Both the position numbers and the translations under genes were made by a program. From an uncultured Gammaproteobacteria bacterium (GTDB lineage Bacteria; Pseudomonadota; Gammaproteobacteria; UBA9214), in NCBI GenBank assembly GCA_963773065.1, contig CAVYZN010000027.1:93830-157829 (forward strand): 64,000 nt of DNA, in the 5' to 3' direction. The notes below the pieces were generated by a model, which was given only the letters and a program-made list of their open reading frames with translations, did not search any database and had not been told where the DNA came from. Of this stretch, positions 27,388 to 37,668 are shown piece after piece; position 1 is the first letter of the stretch; the number at the start of each line of letters is the position of its first letter.

Positions 27388-29310
27388 ATGGTCAGGCCGC
27401 TCGAGTCAGGCGTCATCCCCGTTGTATATCCGTCAGGTTTTCCCAGAGCAAGTTTTTGCTCGTTGTCTTCAGCGTTACTCGCACTTGTGGTTGGCATTGC
27501 GAGCATCTGTTGGACTGAGGTAACGGCAAACGAACAAAACCAGAAGACCACGAATCAAGCCGCGGCTACAGTCGGCGGTCAGGGCGCGACATCGTCAAAA
27601 CCGCGCTGGACACCGGTGAAACCGGCAAAGACCCTCCTCAAACCATGGCAGGAACGAAACCGGGTCATTGTTAAGTTTGTCGAGGGCAGCGAGATTAGAT
27701 TGCGGCAAGAGGGCTTAGTAAGCCTCAAGGGTCGTGATATCGGACAAGTCCGCGCCGTGCTGGCTCGATACCGTATCGGCGCAAAGGAGCTTCGACGGTA
27801 TTTCACCCGATCCGAAGCATTGCTGAACCAAGAGAAGCACAGCGGCGAAGCGCGCAGCGGGCGTCAACTCGCCGATTTGAACTTGTATTTTGAAATTTCA
27901 GTCGCGGCGGACGTTGATGCTGGCGCGTTATGCGATGATTTGAATGCCTTGGATATTGTTGAACTCGCCGAACCGGCGCCAATGCCGGCACCGCCGCCCG
28001 TGGATCTAGCCCCGCCAACTCCAGACTTTTCCTTCCTACAGAGTTATCGAGACGCACCACCCGGTATTGGTGTTAGCAATCTAAACATCGGCGGTATTGA
28101 TGGCAACGGCATTGCGTTTGCGGATGTGGAATTCAGTTGGCTATTGAACCACGAGGACCTTGAACTCCCGAGTACCACCAATATCGACACGGCAACTGCA
28201 TCTGATCCCTTTTCGGACAGTAATCATGGGACCGCGGTGCTTGGCGAAATTGTCGGCGGTGATAACGGCTACGGGGTTATAGGAATAACGCCGGCGGCGT
28301 CGGCTTTCGTTGCACCGGCGAATACCGTAGAGTTCGGCGAGAATGAGGCACGGGCTATTAACTTGGCCGCGGCGACTCTGAACGCGGGTGATGCGATACA
28401 GATCGAACTACAAAATACAGTATGCGGGTTGAATAATGGTCCAATGGAGTGGTACCAACCCGAGTTTGATGCGATCGCGAATGCAACTGCCAATGGGATT
28501 GTTGTCGTCGAAGCGGCCGGGAATGGAGGCGTGAATTTAGACGATCCCAGTTGTGAATCGCGCTTTGACAGAGCAGTACGTGACTCCGGCGCGATCATCG
28601 TCGGCGCGGGTTTCCCAGCTACACATGAAAAATTAGACTTTTCCGATTACGGTAACCGCGTGGATGTTCAAGGGTGGGGGGTATTGGTGACCACTACCGG
28701 CTACGGCGACAAGTTCGATCCTGGTGATATTCGCCAACGCTACACGACTAATTTTACTGGAACATCGAGCGCGTCGCCCATGGTTACCGGTGCGATCCTG
28801 GCCATTCAAGGAGTACGTAAAGCGGCTGGATTAACCCTGCTATCCCCGGACCAACTGCGCCAGTTACTCGTTGATACCGGTACCCCTCAAGCCGGCAGCA
28901 CACACATCGGCCCGTTACCGAATGTCAGCGCTGCGCTGGAACACGACAGCGATGGAGATGGTGCCGTAGATGTACTCGACAACTGTCCCGCGATCGCCAA
29001 TGCGGGCCAGGGAGATACCGATGGGGACGGTGTGGGTGATGCTTGCGATAACTGCCTGGCAGTGGCCAATGCGGATCAGCGCGATACCGATGGCGACGGT
29101 TACGGCAACCGTTGCGACTGTGATTTCAACCAGGACAATTTCTGCGGTGGTCCGGACTTCACCCTGTTCATTGGCTGTTTCAATAAACCAACGGGCGGTA
29201 ATCCGGTCTGCGAGGCAGCGGACATGAATGGCGACGGTTTTGTCGGTGGACCGGATTTCACCCTGTTCGTTGGCGGGTTCAATGGCCCGCCAGGGCCATC
29301 CGGGCTGTGA
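27388..29310 (+). CDS. Secreted S8 subtilase + TSP3 + dockerin-like module (copy 2)
   Basis: Same architecture and catalytic residues as 22616-24559. Confidence 0.9.
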   Translation: MVRPLESGVIPVVYPSGFPRASFCSLSSALLALVVGIASICWTEVTANEQNQKTTNQAAATVGGQGATSSKPRWTPVKPAKTLLKPWQERNRVIVKFVEGSEIRLRQEGLVSLKGRDIGQVRAVLARYRIGAKELRRYFTRSEALLNQEKHSGEARSGRQLADLNLYFEISVAADVDAGALCDDLNALDIVELAEPAPMPAPPPVDLAPPTPDFSFLQSYRDAPPGIGVSNLNIGGIDGNGIAFADVEFSWLLNHEDLELPSTTNIDTATASDPFSDSNHGTAVLGEIVGGDNGYGVIGITPAASAFVAPANTVEFGENEARAINLAAATLNAGDAIQIELQNTVCGLNNGPMEWYQPEFDAIANATANGIVVVEAAGNGGVNLDDPSCESRFDRAVRDSGAIIVGAGFPATHEKLDFSDYGNRVDVQGWGVLVTTTGYGDKFDPGDIRQRYTTNFTGTSSASPMVTGAILAIQGVRKAAGLTLLSPDQLRQLLVDTGTPQAGSTHIGPLPNVSAALEHDSDGDGAVDVLDNCPAIANAGQGDTDGDGVGDACDNCLAVANADQRDTDGDGYGNRCDCDFNQDNFCGGPDFTLFIGCFNKPTGGNPVCEAADMNGDGFVGGPDFTLFVGGFNGPPGPSGL

Positions 29311-29558
29311 AAAATTGAATATAGGTCCGAAGCAAGCATGATTTAAGGGGCATCAAAAGCCGCGGATTACGTAATTTCCTTTTTATAGACAGTGAGTAAC
29401 AGTCCTGAATCCAATAACAGCAGTTCAATGATTCCGGCGGAGTCATGAACTTGACGAGATAATTTGTAAACTGTATTGTTGCGAAAATTAATAATAACGA
29501 TAGTTGCAGTTCTTGAATTACGGAGATCCTACTAACCGAAGTAAGAGGATCTTCAATA

Positions 29559-30197
29559 ATGAACAAGTTCACTTGGTTTATCTTACGCCTTGTTGGTGGT
29601 GTCTGTGGGTGCATGTTCGCAGTTACCCAATCCCACGCTGTAACCATTGGTCTCACACTCACGAGCGACACGGATCCACTCACGGTAACTAACGGCGATA
29701 CGATCACCTTTACGGTGGGAATGACCCCCCTGGAGGCGATTACCGGCTATACGCTGGATATCCGCTATGATTCCACGGAGCTAGATTTTCAGACAGCCAC
29801 ACAGTTGGTACCCTTCTTCGGCGGCGCCTTCGTTCCACCTTTTAACCTGGACCCGGCATCGACTGCGGGCGATTCGGGCAGCACCGGTTTGGCAACTTCA
29901 GACAGCGGTCGGGCTTCCGTCCTGCAGGTGAGTGATTCGCAGCCTGTAGGGGACCTTTTCAGTCTGACATTTACCGTGTTGACGCCTGTATCCGATGGTC
30001 TGTCCGATCTGACGGTCGGGCTGCTCAATTCCGGTGCGGATGATATCAACCCCGCCGTCGGGGGTGCCGCGTTCACCATCGATCCAGATACGGTCAGTGC
30101 ATCGATCGGGGCTGTTCCTGTCCCCGCCGCCATCTGGCTTTTCGGCTCCGGACTGCTGGGGTTGATTGGAATAGCCAGAAGCAAAAAAGCGACTTAA
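29559..30197 (+). CDS. Cohesin-like VPxPA-CTERM protein (copy 2)
   Basis: Near-identical to 24808-25446. Confidence 0.72.
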   Translation: MNKFTWFILRLVGGVCGCMFAVTQSHAVTIGLTLTSDTDPLTVTNGDTITFTVGMTPLEAITGYTLDIRYDSTELDFQTATQLVPFFGGAFVPPFNLDPASTAGDSGSTGLATSDSGRASVLQVSDSQPVGDLFSLTFTVLTPVSDGLSDLTVGLLNSGADDINPAVGGAAFTIDPDTVSASIGAVPVPAAIWLFGSGLLGLIGIARSKKAT

Positions 30198-30339
30198 CAG
30201 TTTCAGACGTGATGACGTGATTGCGGCGGCCTGTCGGTCGCCGTATTTCTTTGATGGTGTAACTCTGAGTTTGGCCGATCCTGATGCCATGGTCAGATAA
30301 CAGCCAAGAAATGAAAATAACAGCCCCTCGCCGGGCAGT

Positions 30340-30501
30340 TGCTTGGCCGGTCATTGGCGTTGTCCTCCTCGCGGATGCCCAGTTCCTCGTCATCCAGATA
30401 ACAGGCCGGGTCCTCCCACCACGGGTCGCCGGTCAACTGGAAGGCGCGCACCCGCGTATTGCCACCGCGATGTCGCGGAAGCCGCGGACGCGGTAGCGAC
30501 C
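30340..30501 (-). pseudogene. Duplicated 3' end of nirJ
   Basis: Encodes [32 protein letters not shown], identical to the NirJ C-terminus at about 32880-32975 but with synonymous differences. Confidence 0.85.
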
Positions 30502-30861
30502 GACTCGCCAATCTCAGTGGACTTTACGGAAAAGGGCTTTTATTCCTATACATGCCGGGCTTGTTTAACTGACCGCAGTCAGGACAAAAAAATTCAATAC
30601 TAATACTAAGGAATCAGGCAAGGATGCCGGCCAGGCAGTAGCGGTAGGGATGACCTTTGCGTGTGAGTGAGGAAAGAAAGAAAACCGGCGAAAGGGAGAC
30701 GTATTCAGATCGGATATGGGCCAGCAGCCGGGGGAGTCAGCCAGGTATTCAGGGGAAGAGGTCTGACGGATAGTGGCCTTTTTCGGTTGGAGTCATAGGG
30801 AATTGGTTGGCTATACTTTCATTGTGGACAACCTCATCGGGTCACAGGACATGACCACATC

Positions 30862-32697
30862 ATGAAGCGGCGTATTTCACCATTGCTTCGCAGCCTGTGT
30901 CTGGCGTCGATCTTTCTGGCACCCCTCGCCATGGCGGAGATCGGGCCTGATCCACCCAAACTCTCTCCCGAAGGCAAACTCGGGATCATGGGCGACAGTC
31001 TGGCCTTGGGTATCCACGCCTCGGAAATGTGCGGCAATGCCGACGCCTATGAATGCGCGCAGCAGGCCCTTGGCGCCTCCAGTCCCGACTGGAGTTATGT
31101 GGCAGCCGACAAGAGCTGGTCGATTGCCAGCCTGCTCGGCTTTGACCAGGCGCATATCGTTGCGGCCTATGTTGGTGGCGCAGAATGGAAGGACGCGCTC
31201 AACCAGGCCGTGACCGTTATGGCCGATCCTCAGGTCGAGGCCGTCTTCATCGGCCTCGGGGCAAACAATGTCTGCGTGCCACAGGGTCATGATTACAGTG
31301 ATGATCTTGCGACCATTGCCGGGCACATCGACGCGACCCTGACTTATCTCACGGATCACCTGCCCGCCGGGGGGCGTATCTACTGGAGCGGGGTGCTGGA
31401 TGTCCTGCAGCTTCGCGAACTCATGCGCGGGCGCGACCACAATTACTGGTTTGAAACCTGCCAGGGTGCCTGGGACCTGGACGCGAACAAGATCAAGGAC
31501 GGGGCGGCGAATGATGTGTGTGATCACATCTTCAATCACACCGCCTGCCAGCTTACCAGCGCCGTCGAGGAAGCCAAGGACGCGCTGACTGATCTACTGC
31601 TCAATACCTGGCGTGACCTCGAGGGCGTGGATGAGGGGCCCTGTGGCAAGATCCTGAGCAGCCGTTCGACCGACGCTGACCGGGAGGAGGCCCGACAATT
31701 CAACCTCGCGCTTAACCAACTGATGTCCGCCAAGGCGGCGGAATACGACGGCCGGAACGGCGTCGCGGTGTATTACAGTGACCGCATCTTCGAGGCATCG
31801 GCTAACCTCAGGCCCTATCATGTCTCCCGCCTGGACTGTTTTCACCCGAGCCGGGCCGGGCAGATATTCCTTGCCAATGAAACCTGGAGGGGATTTAACC
31901 CCCTCACCGAGTCGGCCGGCCGCTACTTTTTTGACGAATTTGACAGCCAGGACTATTGCGCCCAGGAATACACCACGTGGGGTTCATGCTGGACCGAGAT
32001 CGGCGAGAATAACGGGCCCTCGGCCGGTGATATCCAGATCAACGTGCATGAGCTCCGGGTGCGGGACAAGGACAAGGGTATCATGCGCAGCCTCGACCTG
32101 GACGGCATGCAAGCCGCCTGGCTCCAGTTCAACTGGCGGCGCGACGGACTGGACAACAATGACGATTATGTCTCAATCGACGTGTCACCGGATGCCGGCA
32201 TGACCTGGTTTCAACAGGACCGCATCAAGGGCGATGGCGATGACTACAATACCCACCGCGGCTACTACTATGACATCACCCCCTATGCCACGGGGAACAC
32301 GCTGCTCCGTTTCAAGAGCTCGAGTGATCTGGGTGATCACGACGAGGTGTTCTTTGACAATATAACCGTCTTTGGCTGGGGTCCAATCGTGCAGACCCAG
32401 GACACCGACGGCGACGGGGTTCCCGATGCGAGCGACAACTGCATCAGCCAATCGAATGCCGACCAGCGCGACACGGACGGCGACGGCTACGGTAACCTTT
32501 GCGACTGTGATTTCAACCAGGACAATTTCTGCGGCGGTCCGGACTTCACTCTCTTCATCGGCTGTTTCAATAAACCAACAGGCGGTGATCCGGTCTGCGA
32601 GGCAGCGGATATGAATGGCGACGGTTTTGTCGGTGGGCCAGATTACACTTTGTTTGTTGGCGGGTTCAATGGCCCGCCGGGGCCATCCGGGCTGTGA
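30862..32697 (+). CDS. Secreted SGNH/GDSL hydrolase + beta-sandwich + TSP3 + dockerin-like module
   Basis: GDSL, GLGANN and DCFHPS motifs; C-terminal module. Confidence 0.85.
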   Translation: MKRRISPLLRSLCLASIFLAPLAMAEIGPDPPKLSPEGKLGIMGDSLALGIHASEMCGNADAYECAQQALGASSPDWSYVAADKSWSIASLLGFDQAHIVAAYVGGAEWKDALNQAVTVMADPQVEAVFIGLGANNVCVPQGHDYSDDLATIAGHIDATLTYLTDHLPAGGRIYWSGVLDVLQLRELMRGRDHNYWFETCQGAWDLDANKIKDGAANDVCDHIFNHTACQLTSAVEEAKDALTDLLLNTWRDLEGVDEGPCGKILSSRSTDADREEARQFNLALNQLMSAKAAEYDGRNGVAVYYSDRIFEASANLRPYHVSRLDCFHPSRAGQIFLANETWRGFNPLTESAGRYFFDEFDSQDYCAQEYTTWGSCWTEIGENNGPSAGDIQINVHELRVRDKDKGIMRSLDLDGMQAAWLQFNWRRDGLDNNDDYVSIDVSPDAGMTWFQQDRIKGDGDDYNTHRGYYYDITPYATGNTLLRFKSSSDLGDHDEVFFDNITVFGWGPIVQTQDTDGDGVPDASDNCISQSNADQRDTDGDGYGNLCDCDFNQDNFCGGPDFTLFIGCFNKPTGGDPVCEAADMNGDGFVGGPDYTLFVGGFNGPPGPSGL

Positions 32698-32808
32698 AGA
32701 ATCGAATACCTGTCCGATCGATGAGCTATCACGGGTAACCCGCTATTTTGACGGACCTGTAATCATCCAGAGTTTCCTTAACGGTCTGGGCGGGTGTGTC
32801 ATCCTGGC

Positions 32809-34027
32809 TCATCCGGCGTGGCGGATGGTGCGGGTTGCGAGCCCGGCGGGTTCCGGGCGGTCGTCGGCATAGTCCGCCGCGCGGATGCCCAGTTCCTCGT
32901 CATCGAGGTAGCAGGCGGGGTCTTCCCACCAGGGGTCGCCGGTCAACTGGAAGGCGCGCACCCGGGTGTTGCCGCCGCAGATGTCGCGGAAGCCGCAGAC
33001 GCGGCAGCGGCCCTTCAACGGCCGCGGGCTGGCCTTCAGGCCGGCCATGAGCGGGTCGCGGGTGTCCACCCAGATCTCCGAGAACGGGCGCTCCTTCACG
33101 TTGCCGAGGTTGTAGTTCCACCAGAAGGTGTCGGGATGCACGTTGCCCAGGTTGTCGATGTTGGCGATGTTGACGCCGGAGGAATTGCCGCCCCAGCGCA
33201 CCAGGCGTTCGCGCAGCTCGTCGTAGCGTTCCGGCAGGCGGCGCTGCACCCACTGGAGCAGGTAGACGCCGTCGGCGTCGTTGTTGCCGGTGACGAACTC
33301 GCGCCGGCGGCCGGCCTGCACGTCGGCCCAGCAGGCGTCGAACAGCAGGTCCATCAGCCGGCGCGTCGTCTGGTGCACGACGTCGGATTTGCGGTTGCGG
33401 TTGCCGCGGCCGGCGTAGTTCAGGTGCGAGACGTAGAGCTTGTCGACCCGTTCGTCTTCCATGAGCTGGAGAATGAGCGGCAGCTCGTGGGCGTTGTCCT
33501 GGGTCGGGGTGAAGCGCATGCCCACCTTGATGCCGGCCTCGCGGCACAGGCGGATGGCCTGCAGCGAGGCGTCGAAGGCGCCCGCTTTCTGGCGGAAGCG
33601 GTCATGGGTGTCGCGGATGCCGTCGATGCTGATGCCGACGTAGTCATAGCCGACCGCGGCGATGTCCCCGATGCGGCCGGCATCGATGAGCGTGCCGTTG
33701 GTGGACAGGCCGACGTAGAAGCCGAGCGCCTTGGCGCGCCGGGAGATGTCGTAGATGTCCGGGCGCAGCAGCGGCTCGCCGCCGGAGAGGATCAGCACCG
33801 GCACCCCGAAGCCGCGCAGGTCGTCCATGACGGCGTAGACCTGGGCGGTGCTCAACTCGCCGGGGAAGTCGATATCGGCCGAGATCGAATAGCAGTGCTT
33901 GCAGGTCAGGTTGCAGCGGCGGATCAGGTTCCAGATGACCACCGGGCCGCTCGGCTTGCGCGCTGCCGGTTGCGCCGCGCTCCGGCGGCTGCGCGAGCGC
34001 CTGCAGATAGTGCGAAATGCGAAACAT
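32809..34027 (-). CDS. nirJ: Heme d1 biosynthesis radical SAM protein NirJ (5' frameshift)
   Basis: MFRISHY start, VIWNLIRRCNLTCKHCY, YVSHLNYAGRG, SPASM C-terminus. Confidence 0.92.
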
Positions 34028-34028
34028 G

Positions 34029-34550
34029 TCAGCCTCCCAGGCGCAGCCCGGTTTTTTTCAGGATGCGCGTGCTGAACAGGATATCGTAGCCGCGCACGCG
34101 CTCGCCCAGTTGTTGCGCGATCCGAGCGACCTTCTGCCGGACCTCGTCCTGGCTGTGGCCGTGCACCATGGCGAACAGGTTGTAGGGCCAGTCGGGCAAC
34201 TGCCGCGGGCGGTGATAGCAGTGGCTGACGATATCGAGCTCGCCGACCTCCTTGCCGACCGCCCGGATGAGATCGTCCGGCACGTCCCACACCGACATGC
34301 CGTTGGCGACATAGCCCAGGCGGTAATGGTTGGGCACCACGCCGATGCGGCGGATGCGCCCGTCGGCCAGCATGGCGTTGAAGCGCTCCATGATCCGTTC
34401 GGGCGTCTCCCCCAGTTCGCTCGCCACCCAGTGGTAGGGCCGCGGATCGAGCGGCAGCCCCGCCTGGGTGGCCAGCACGATGCGCCGGTCCAGTTCATCC
34501 AGGGTCTCGCGGCGGCGGAGTGGGGCGGTGTTGTGTGCGTCCTCAGACAT
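34029..34550 (-). CDS. nirH: Siroheme decarboxylase subunit NirH
   Basis: ATQAGLPL, PNHYRLGYVANGMSVW, SHCYHRPR..PDWPYNLFAMVH. Confidence 0.88.
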   Translation of the reverse strand: MSEDAHNTAPLRRRETLDELDRRIVLATQAGLPLDPRPYHWVASELGETPERIMERFNAMLADGRIRRIGVVPNHYRLGYVANGMSVWDVPDDLIRAVGKEVGELDIVSHCYHRPRQLPDWPYNLFAMVHGHSQDEVRQKVARIAQQLGERVRGYDILFSTRILKKTGLRLGG

Positions 34551-34607
34551 GAATGGCACCGACCTTAAGGATATCGTCTGTCTATAAACCATAAACACCA
34601 CTGATTC

Positions 34608-34711
34608 TCACCGCAAAGGACAGCAGATAGCCCGCGAAACGAGAAATAGGTTTGCTGCAAACGTACTAATAAACATCTTTCGCGAATCTGCTCCTGCGCC
34701 ATTTGCGGTGA
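34608..34711. repeat. Inverted repeat related to 8344-8427
   Basis: TCACCGCAAA...TTTGCGGTGA arms. Confidence 0.55.
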
Positions 34712-34743
34712 GTTTATTTCCGTGTATTCATACGCCATTTCTC

Positions 34744-35187
34744 TCAGACATGGAAATGCAGCCCGACATAGAATTCTTCCAGCTTGGGCAGGTTGAAAAC
34801 CTGGAGACCGGTTTCCGCCTCGATGCGCGTGAGCGTCGCCTCCAGGGCCTGCGGCGTTTCGGTGGCCAGCACGAACCACATATTCATTTCATGATCGCGC
34901 TGGTAGTTGTGCGCGACCTCGGGAAAGGCGTTGACCTGCGCCGCGACCGCCTCGAAACGCTCCGGCGGCACGCGCATGGCGCACAGGCTCACGGCCCCGC
35001 CCAGGTGTTCGGCGTGAAACATCGGGCCGAAGCGCGTCAGCAGGCCGTCCTCGAGCATGCAGCCGAGGCGCGTGATCAGCTCGCTTTCGGTGCTGCCCAG
35101 CCGCTGCGCCACCTCGCGGAACGGGTACTCGCACACCGGGAAGCCGCCCTGCAGCTCGTTGATGAGGCGGCGGTCGAGCGCGTCCAT
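34744..35187 (-). CDS. nirG: Siroheme decarboxylase subunit NirG
   Basis: DRRLINELQGGFP, RFGPMF, VAHNYQRDH.MNMWFV. Confidence 0.88.
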   Translation of the reverse strand: MDALDRRLINELQGGFPVCEYPFREVAQRLGSTESELITRLGCMLEDGLLTRFGPMFHAEHLGGAVSLCAMRVPPERFEAVAAQVNAFPEVAHNYQRDHEMNMWFVLATETPQALEATLTRIEAETGLQVFNLPKLEEFYVGLHFHV

Positions 35188-36182
35188 CAGCGTCCCAGCC
35201 GGTAGCGCGCGCCGCGCTGCTTGAAGCGCCGGCCGCTGAACAGAACCGCGTGCGGTATGTCGCCGAGCCCGAGCGCCTCGACCAGGCGGGCGATGCAGGC
35301 GAGCACGTCGTCGCGGTCCTGGCCGTGCACCATGCAGAAGAGGTTGTAGGGCCAGTCCGGCAGGCGCCGCGGCCGCTGGTAGCAAAGCGTCACGCAGTCG
35401 ATGTCGCCGAGCCGCCGGCCGATCCGCTCCACCCGCTCATCGGGCATGTCCCACACCACCATCGCATTGGCGCGGTAGCCCAGCTCGTGGTGGCGGACCA
35501 CGACGCCGAGGCGCTTGATGATGCCGGCATCGATCATCCCGCGCAGCCGCTCGATCACGGCCTGCTCCGGCATCCCGAGGCGCGCGCCGATCGCCCGGTA
35601 GGGGCGCGCGATGAGCGGCAGGCCCGCCTGGATGGCCTCGATCAGATCCTCGGCATGGCCGCGCGCGGTATCACCCTCCGTTTCGTTCGCGGCAGTCGCG
35701 CTCGTCTCGCCGCCGTCAGGCAGCGGCTCACGCTCCGCCAGCGTCATGCGGAAACCGAGATCGATGTGATAATCGCGGACGAGCGGCAGGTACAGCACGG
35801 CATGGCCGGTCTGTTGTTCTATCCGCGCGAGCGTCTCCGCGAGCGCGGCCTGGTCCGCGGCCGTGACGACAAACCACAGGTTGTAGCGATGCTCGCGTTC
35901 GTAATTGTGATTCACCTCGGGAAAGCCGTTCACCACGGCGGCCACCCGTTCCAGTTCCGCCGCGGGGACGCGCATGGCGGCGAGGGTGCTGGCGCCGATG
36001 GTGTTGGGCCTGAACACCGGACCGACGCGGCTCACCGCGCCCTGGACCTGCAGTTCCCGCAGCCGCGCCAGCACCACCGCCGTGCTGGTGTTGAGGCGCC
36101 GCGCGATCTGCGCGAAGGGCGTGGGGCTCAGCGGGAAATCGTGCTGAAAGTCGTTGAGCAGTTTTTCGGTCAGCGGTTCCAT
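35187..36182 (-). CDS. nirDL: Fused NirD-NirL siroheme decarboxylase subunit
   Basis: Two Lrp-like halves: VNHNYEREHRYNLWFV and VTLCYQRPRRLPDWPYNLFCM. Confidence 0.85.
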   Translation of the reverse strand: MEPLTEKLLNDFQHDFPLSPTPFAQIARRLNTSTAVVLARLRELQVQGAVSRVGPVFRPNTIGASTLAAMRVPAAELERVAAVVNGFPEVNHNYEREHRYNLWFVVTAADQAALAETLARIEQQTGHAVLYLPLVRDYHIDLGFRMTLAEREPLPDGGETSATAANETEGDTARGHAEDLIEAIQAGLPLIARPYRAIGARLGMPEQAVIERLRGMIDAGIIKRLGVVVRHHELGYRANAMVVWDMPDERVERIGRRLGDIDCVTLCYQRPRRLPDWPYNLFCMVHGQDRDDVLACIARLVEALGLGDIPHAVLFSGRRFKQRGARYRLGR

Positions 36183-36184
36183 GG

Positions 36185-37351
36185 TCACAGCCCGATGCGG
36201 TGGGCGCGGTCGGTGAAGAAGATGCCGCTCGGCTTGGCCGCCGGCAACTCGCCGGTCTTTTCCAGCGTGCGCGTGTCGTAGACATCGATGCGATCCTCGT
36301 CGCGCACCGACACCCAGACCTTCTCGCCGCGCGGCGTGAACTCCATGTGCAGCACCGCCTTGCCGGGCTTCAGCGTCTTGATGACGGCATGCGTTTCGGC
36401 GTCGATGACCTGCACGGTGTCGTTATCCGGATGCGCGAAGTTGACCCATATCTGCCGGCCGTCCGGGCGCGCCATGACGAACACCGGCTGGCCATGGACC
36501 GCGATGGCCGCCTCCTGCCGCCAGGTCGTGGTATCCACGACCAGCACCTTGTGTTCACCGACGGCGGGCAGGAAGGCCTGCGTTACCCGCGATCGCCCAG
36601 CCCTCGAGATGCGGCATCTTGTAGACGGGCAGCTTTTCATCGTGGGCCGCGTAGCCGGCGAGAATCCGGCGGGTGCCTTGTTCCGGGTGCCACAGGTCGA
36701 GCAGCGCCAGGCTGTCCTCGCCGAACAGTCCGGCGATGTAATAGCGTCCGTCGGGGGTGATCAGCGCGTCATAGGGCGCCCGGCCGATGTCCCGAAAGCG
36801 GGTGATCGCCGGCTTGTGGGGATCGTTCATGTCGGCGATCCAGATCTCGTCGGCGTCGTAGAGGCTGAAGACGAAGCGGTTACCCGGGGCGTCCACCAGC
36901 CCGACGACCTTCGAGAGCTTGCCCGGCTGGTATTCGGCCGGGATGTCGGCCACCGGTTCGAGCGTCTGCTGCGTCGAACACGCGCACGCCGCCGGGTTCG
37001 TAGTTGGAGACGGCGACCAGTGCGGCCGTCCTGGGAGATGGCGCCGCCGATGCTGTTGCCCGCCTGCAGGATGCGCTTGACGATGGTGCCGCTCAACAGG
37101 TCGACCTTGGTCAGGCCGCCGTCGCGGCCGAACACGTAGGCGTAACGCTCGTCGCGGGAGAACACCACCGAGGCGTGCGACAGGTCGCCGAGCCCGTCGA
37201 CCTCCGCGAGCCGCGTGTCCGTGCTGTGCTCGACGATCAACAACTGCCCGCTGGCGCGCTCCACGACGACGCCGAGATCGCCCGTGCCGCGCGGCTCGGC
37301 CAAAGCGGGGAGGGCGGAGAGCAGCAGGAGTAAAGGCAGCAGGGATCTCAC
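36185..37351 (-). CDS. nirF: NirF heme d1-binding protein (frameshifts)
   Basis: RGTGDLGVVVERA, DLSHAS, PYDALIT, PVYKMPHLEGW, KPSGIFFT. Confidence 0.9.
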
Positions 37352-37668
37352 GGGCGCTTCTCCGTGCCGATCATATAATCCACCAGCCAGGCGATCTCGG
37401 TCTTGCTCAACAGCGGCTTCCAGGGCGGCATGGGGGTGCCGGGGCGACCTTCGCTCACCGTCGCAATCAGCAGCTCGCGCGGTTTGCCGTGCAGGGCCTC
37501 GGGCGTCAGCGCGGGTCCGAGGCCGCCGGTCAGGCGCATGCCGTGACAGGACCCGCAGTCCTGGTAGAGCAGGTGGCGCAGTTCGTCCTGGCGTTCGCTG
37601 GAGAGCGTCTCCGCCGCGGCGGAGTCAGCCAGCAGGCACGCGCACAACAGCAGGCAGGGACTACGCAT
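37348..37668 (-). CDS. nirC: Cytochrome c55X NirC
   Basis: QDCGSCHGMRLTGGLGPAL...GRPGTPMPPW. Confidence 0.9.
   Translation of the reverse strand: MRSPCLLLCACLLADSAAAETLSSERQDELRHLLYQDCGSCHGMRLTGGLGPALTPEALHGKPRELLIATVSEGRPGTPMPPWKPLLSKTEIAWLVDYMIGTEKRP

Noticed and set aside
22602-30283. Duplication as an assembly artefact
   Set aside because: Copies differ by many substitutions and an in-frame indel while both reading frames stay open.
22196-32697. The four repeated tails as DGR template/variable repeats or a CRISPR array
   Set aside because: Differences are mostly synonymous and not adenine-specific, all copies are coding, and there is no repeat-spacer periodicity or cas/RT gene.
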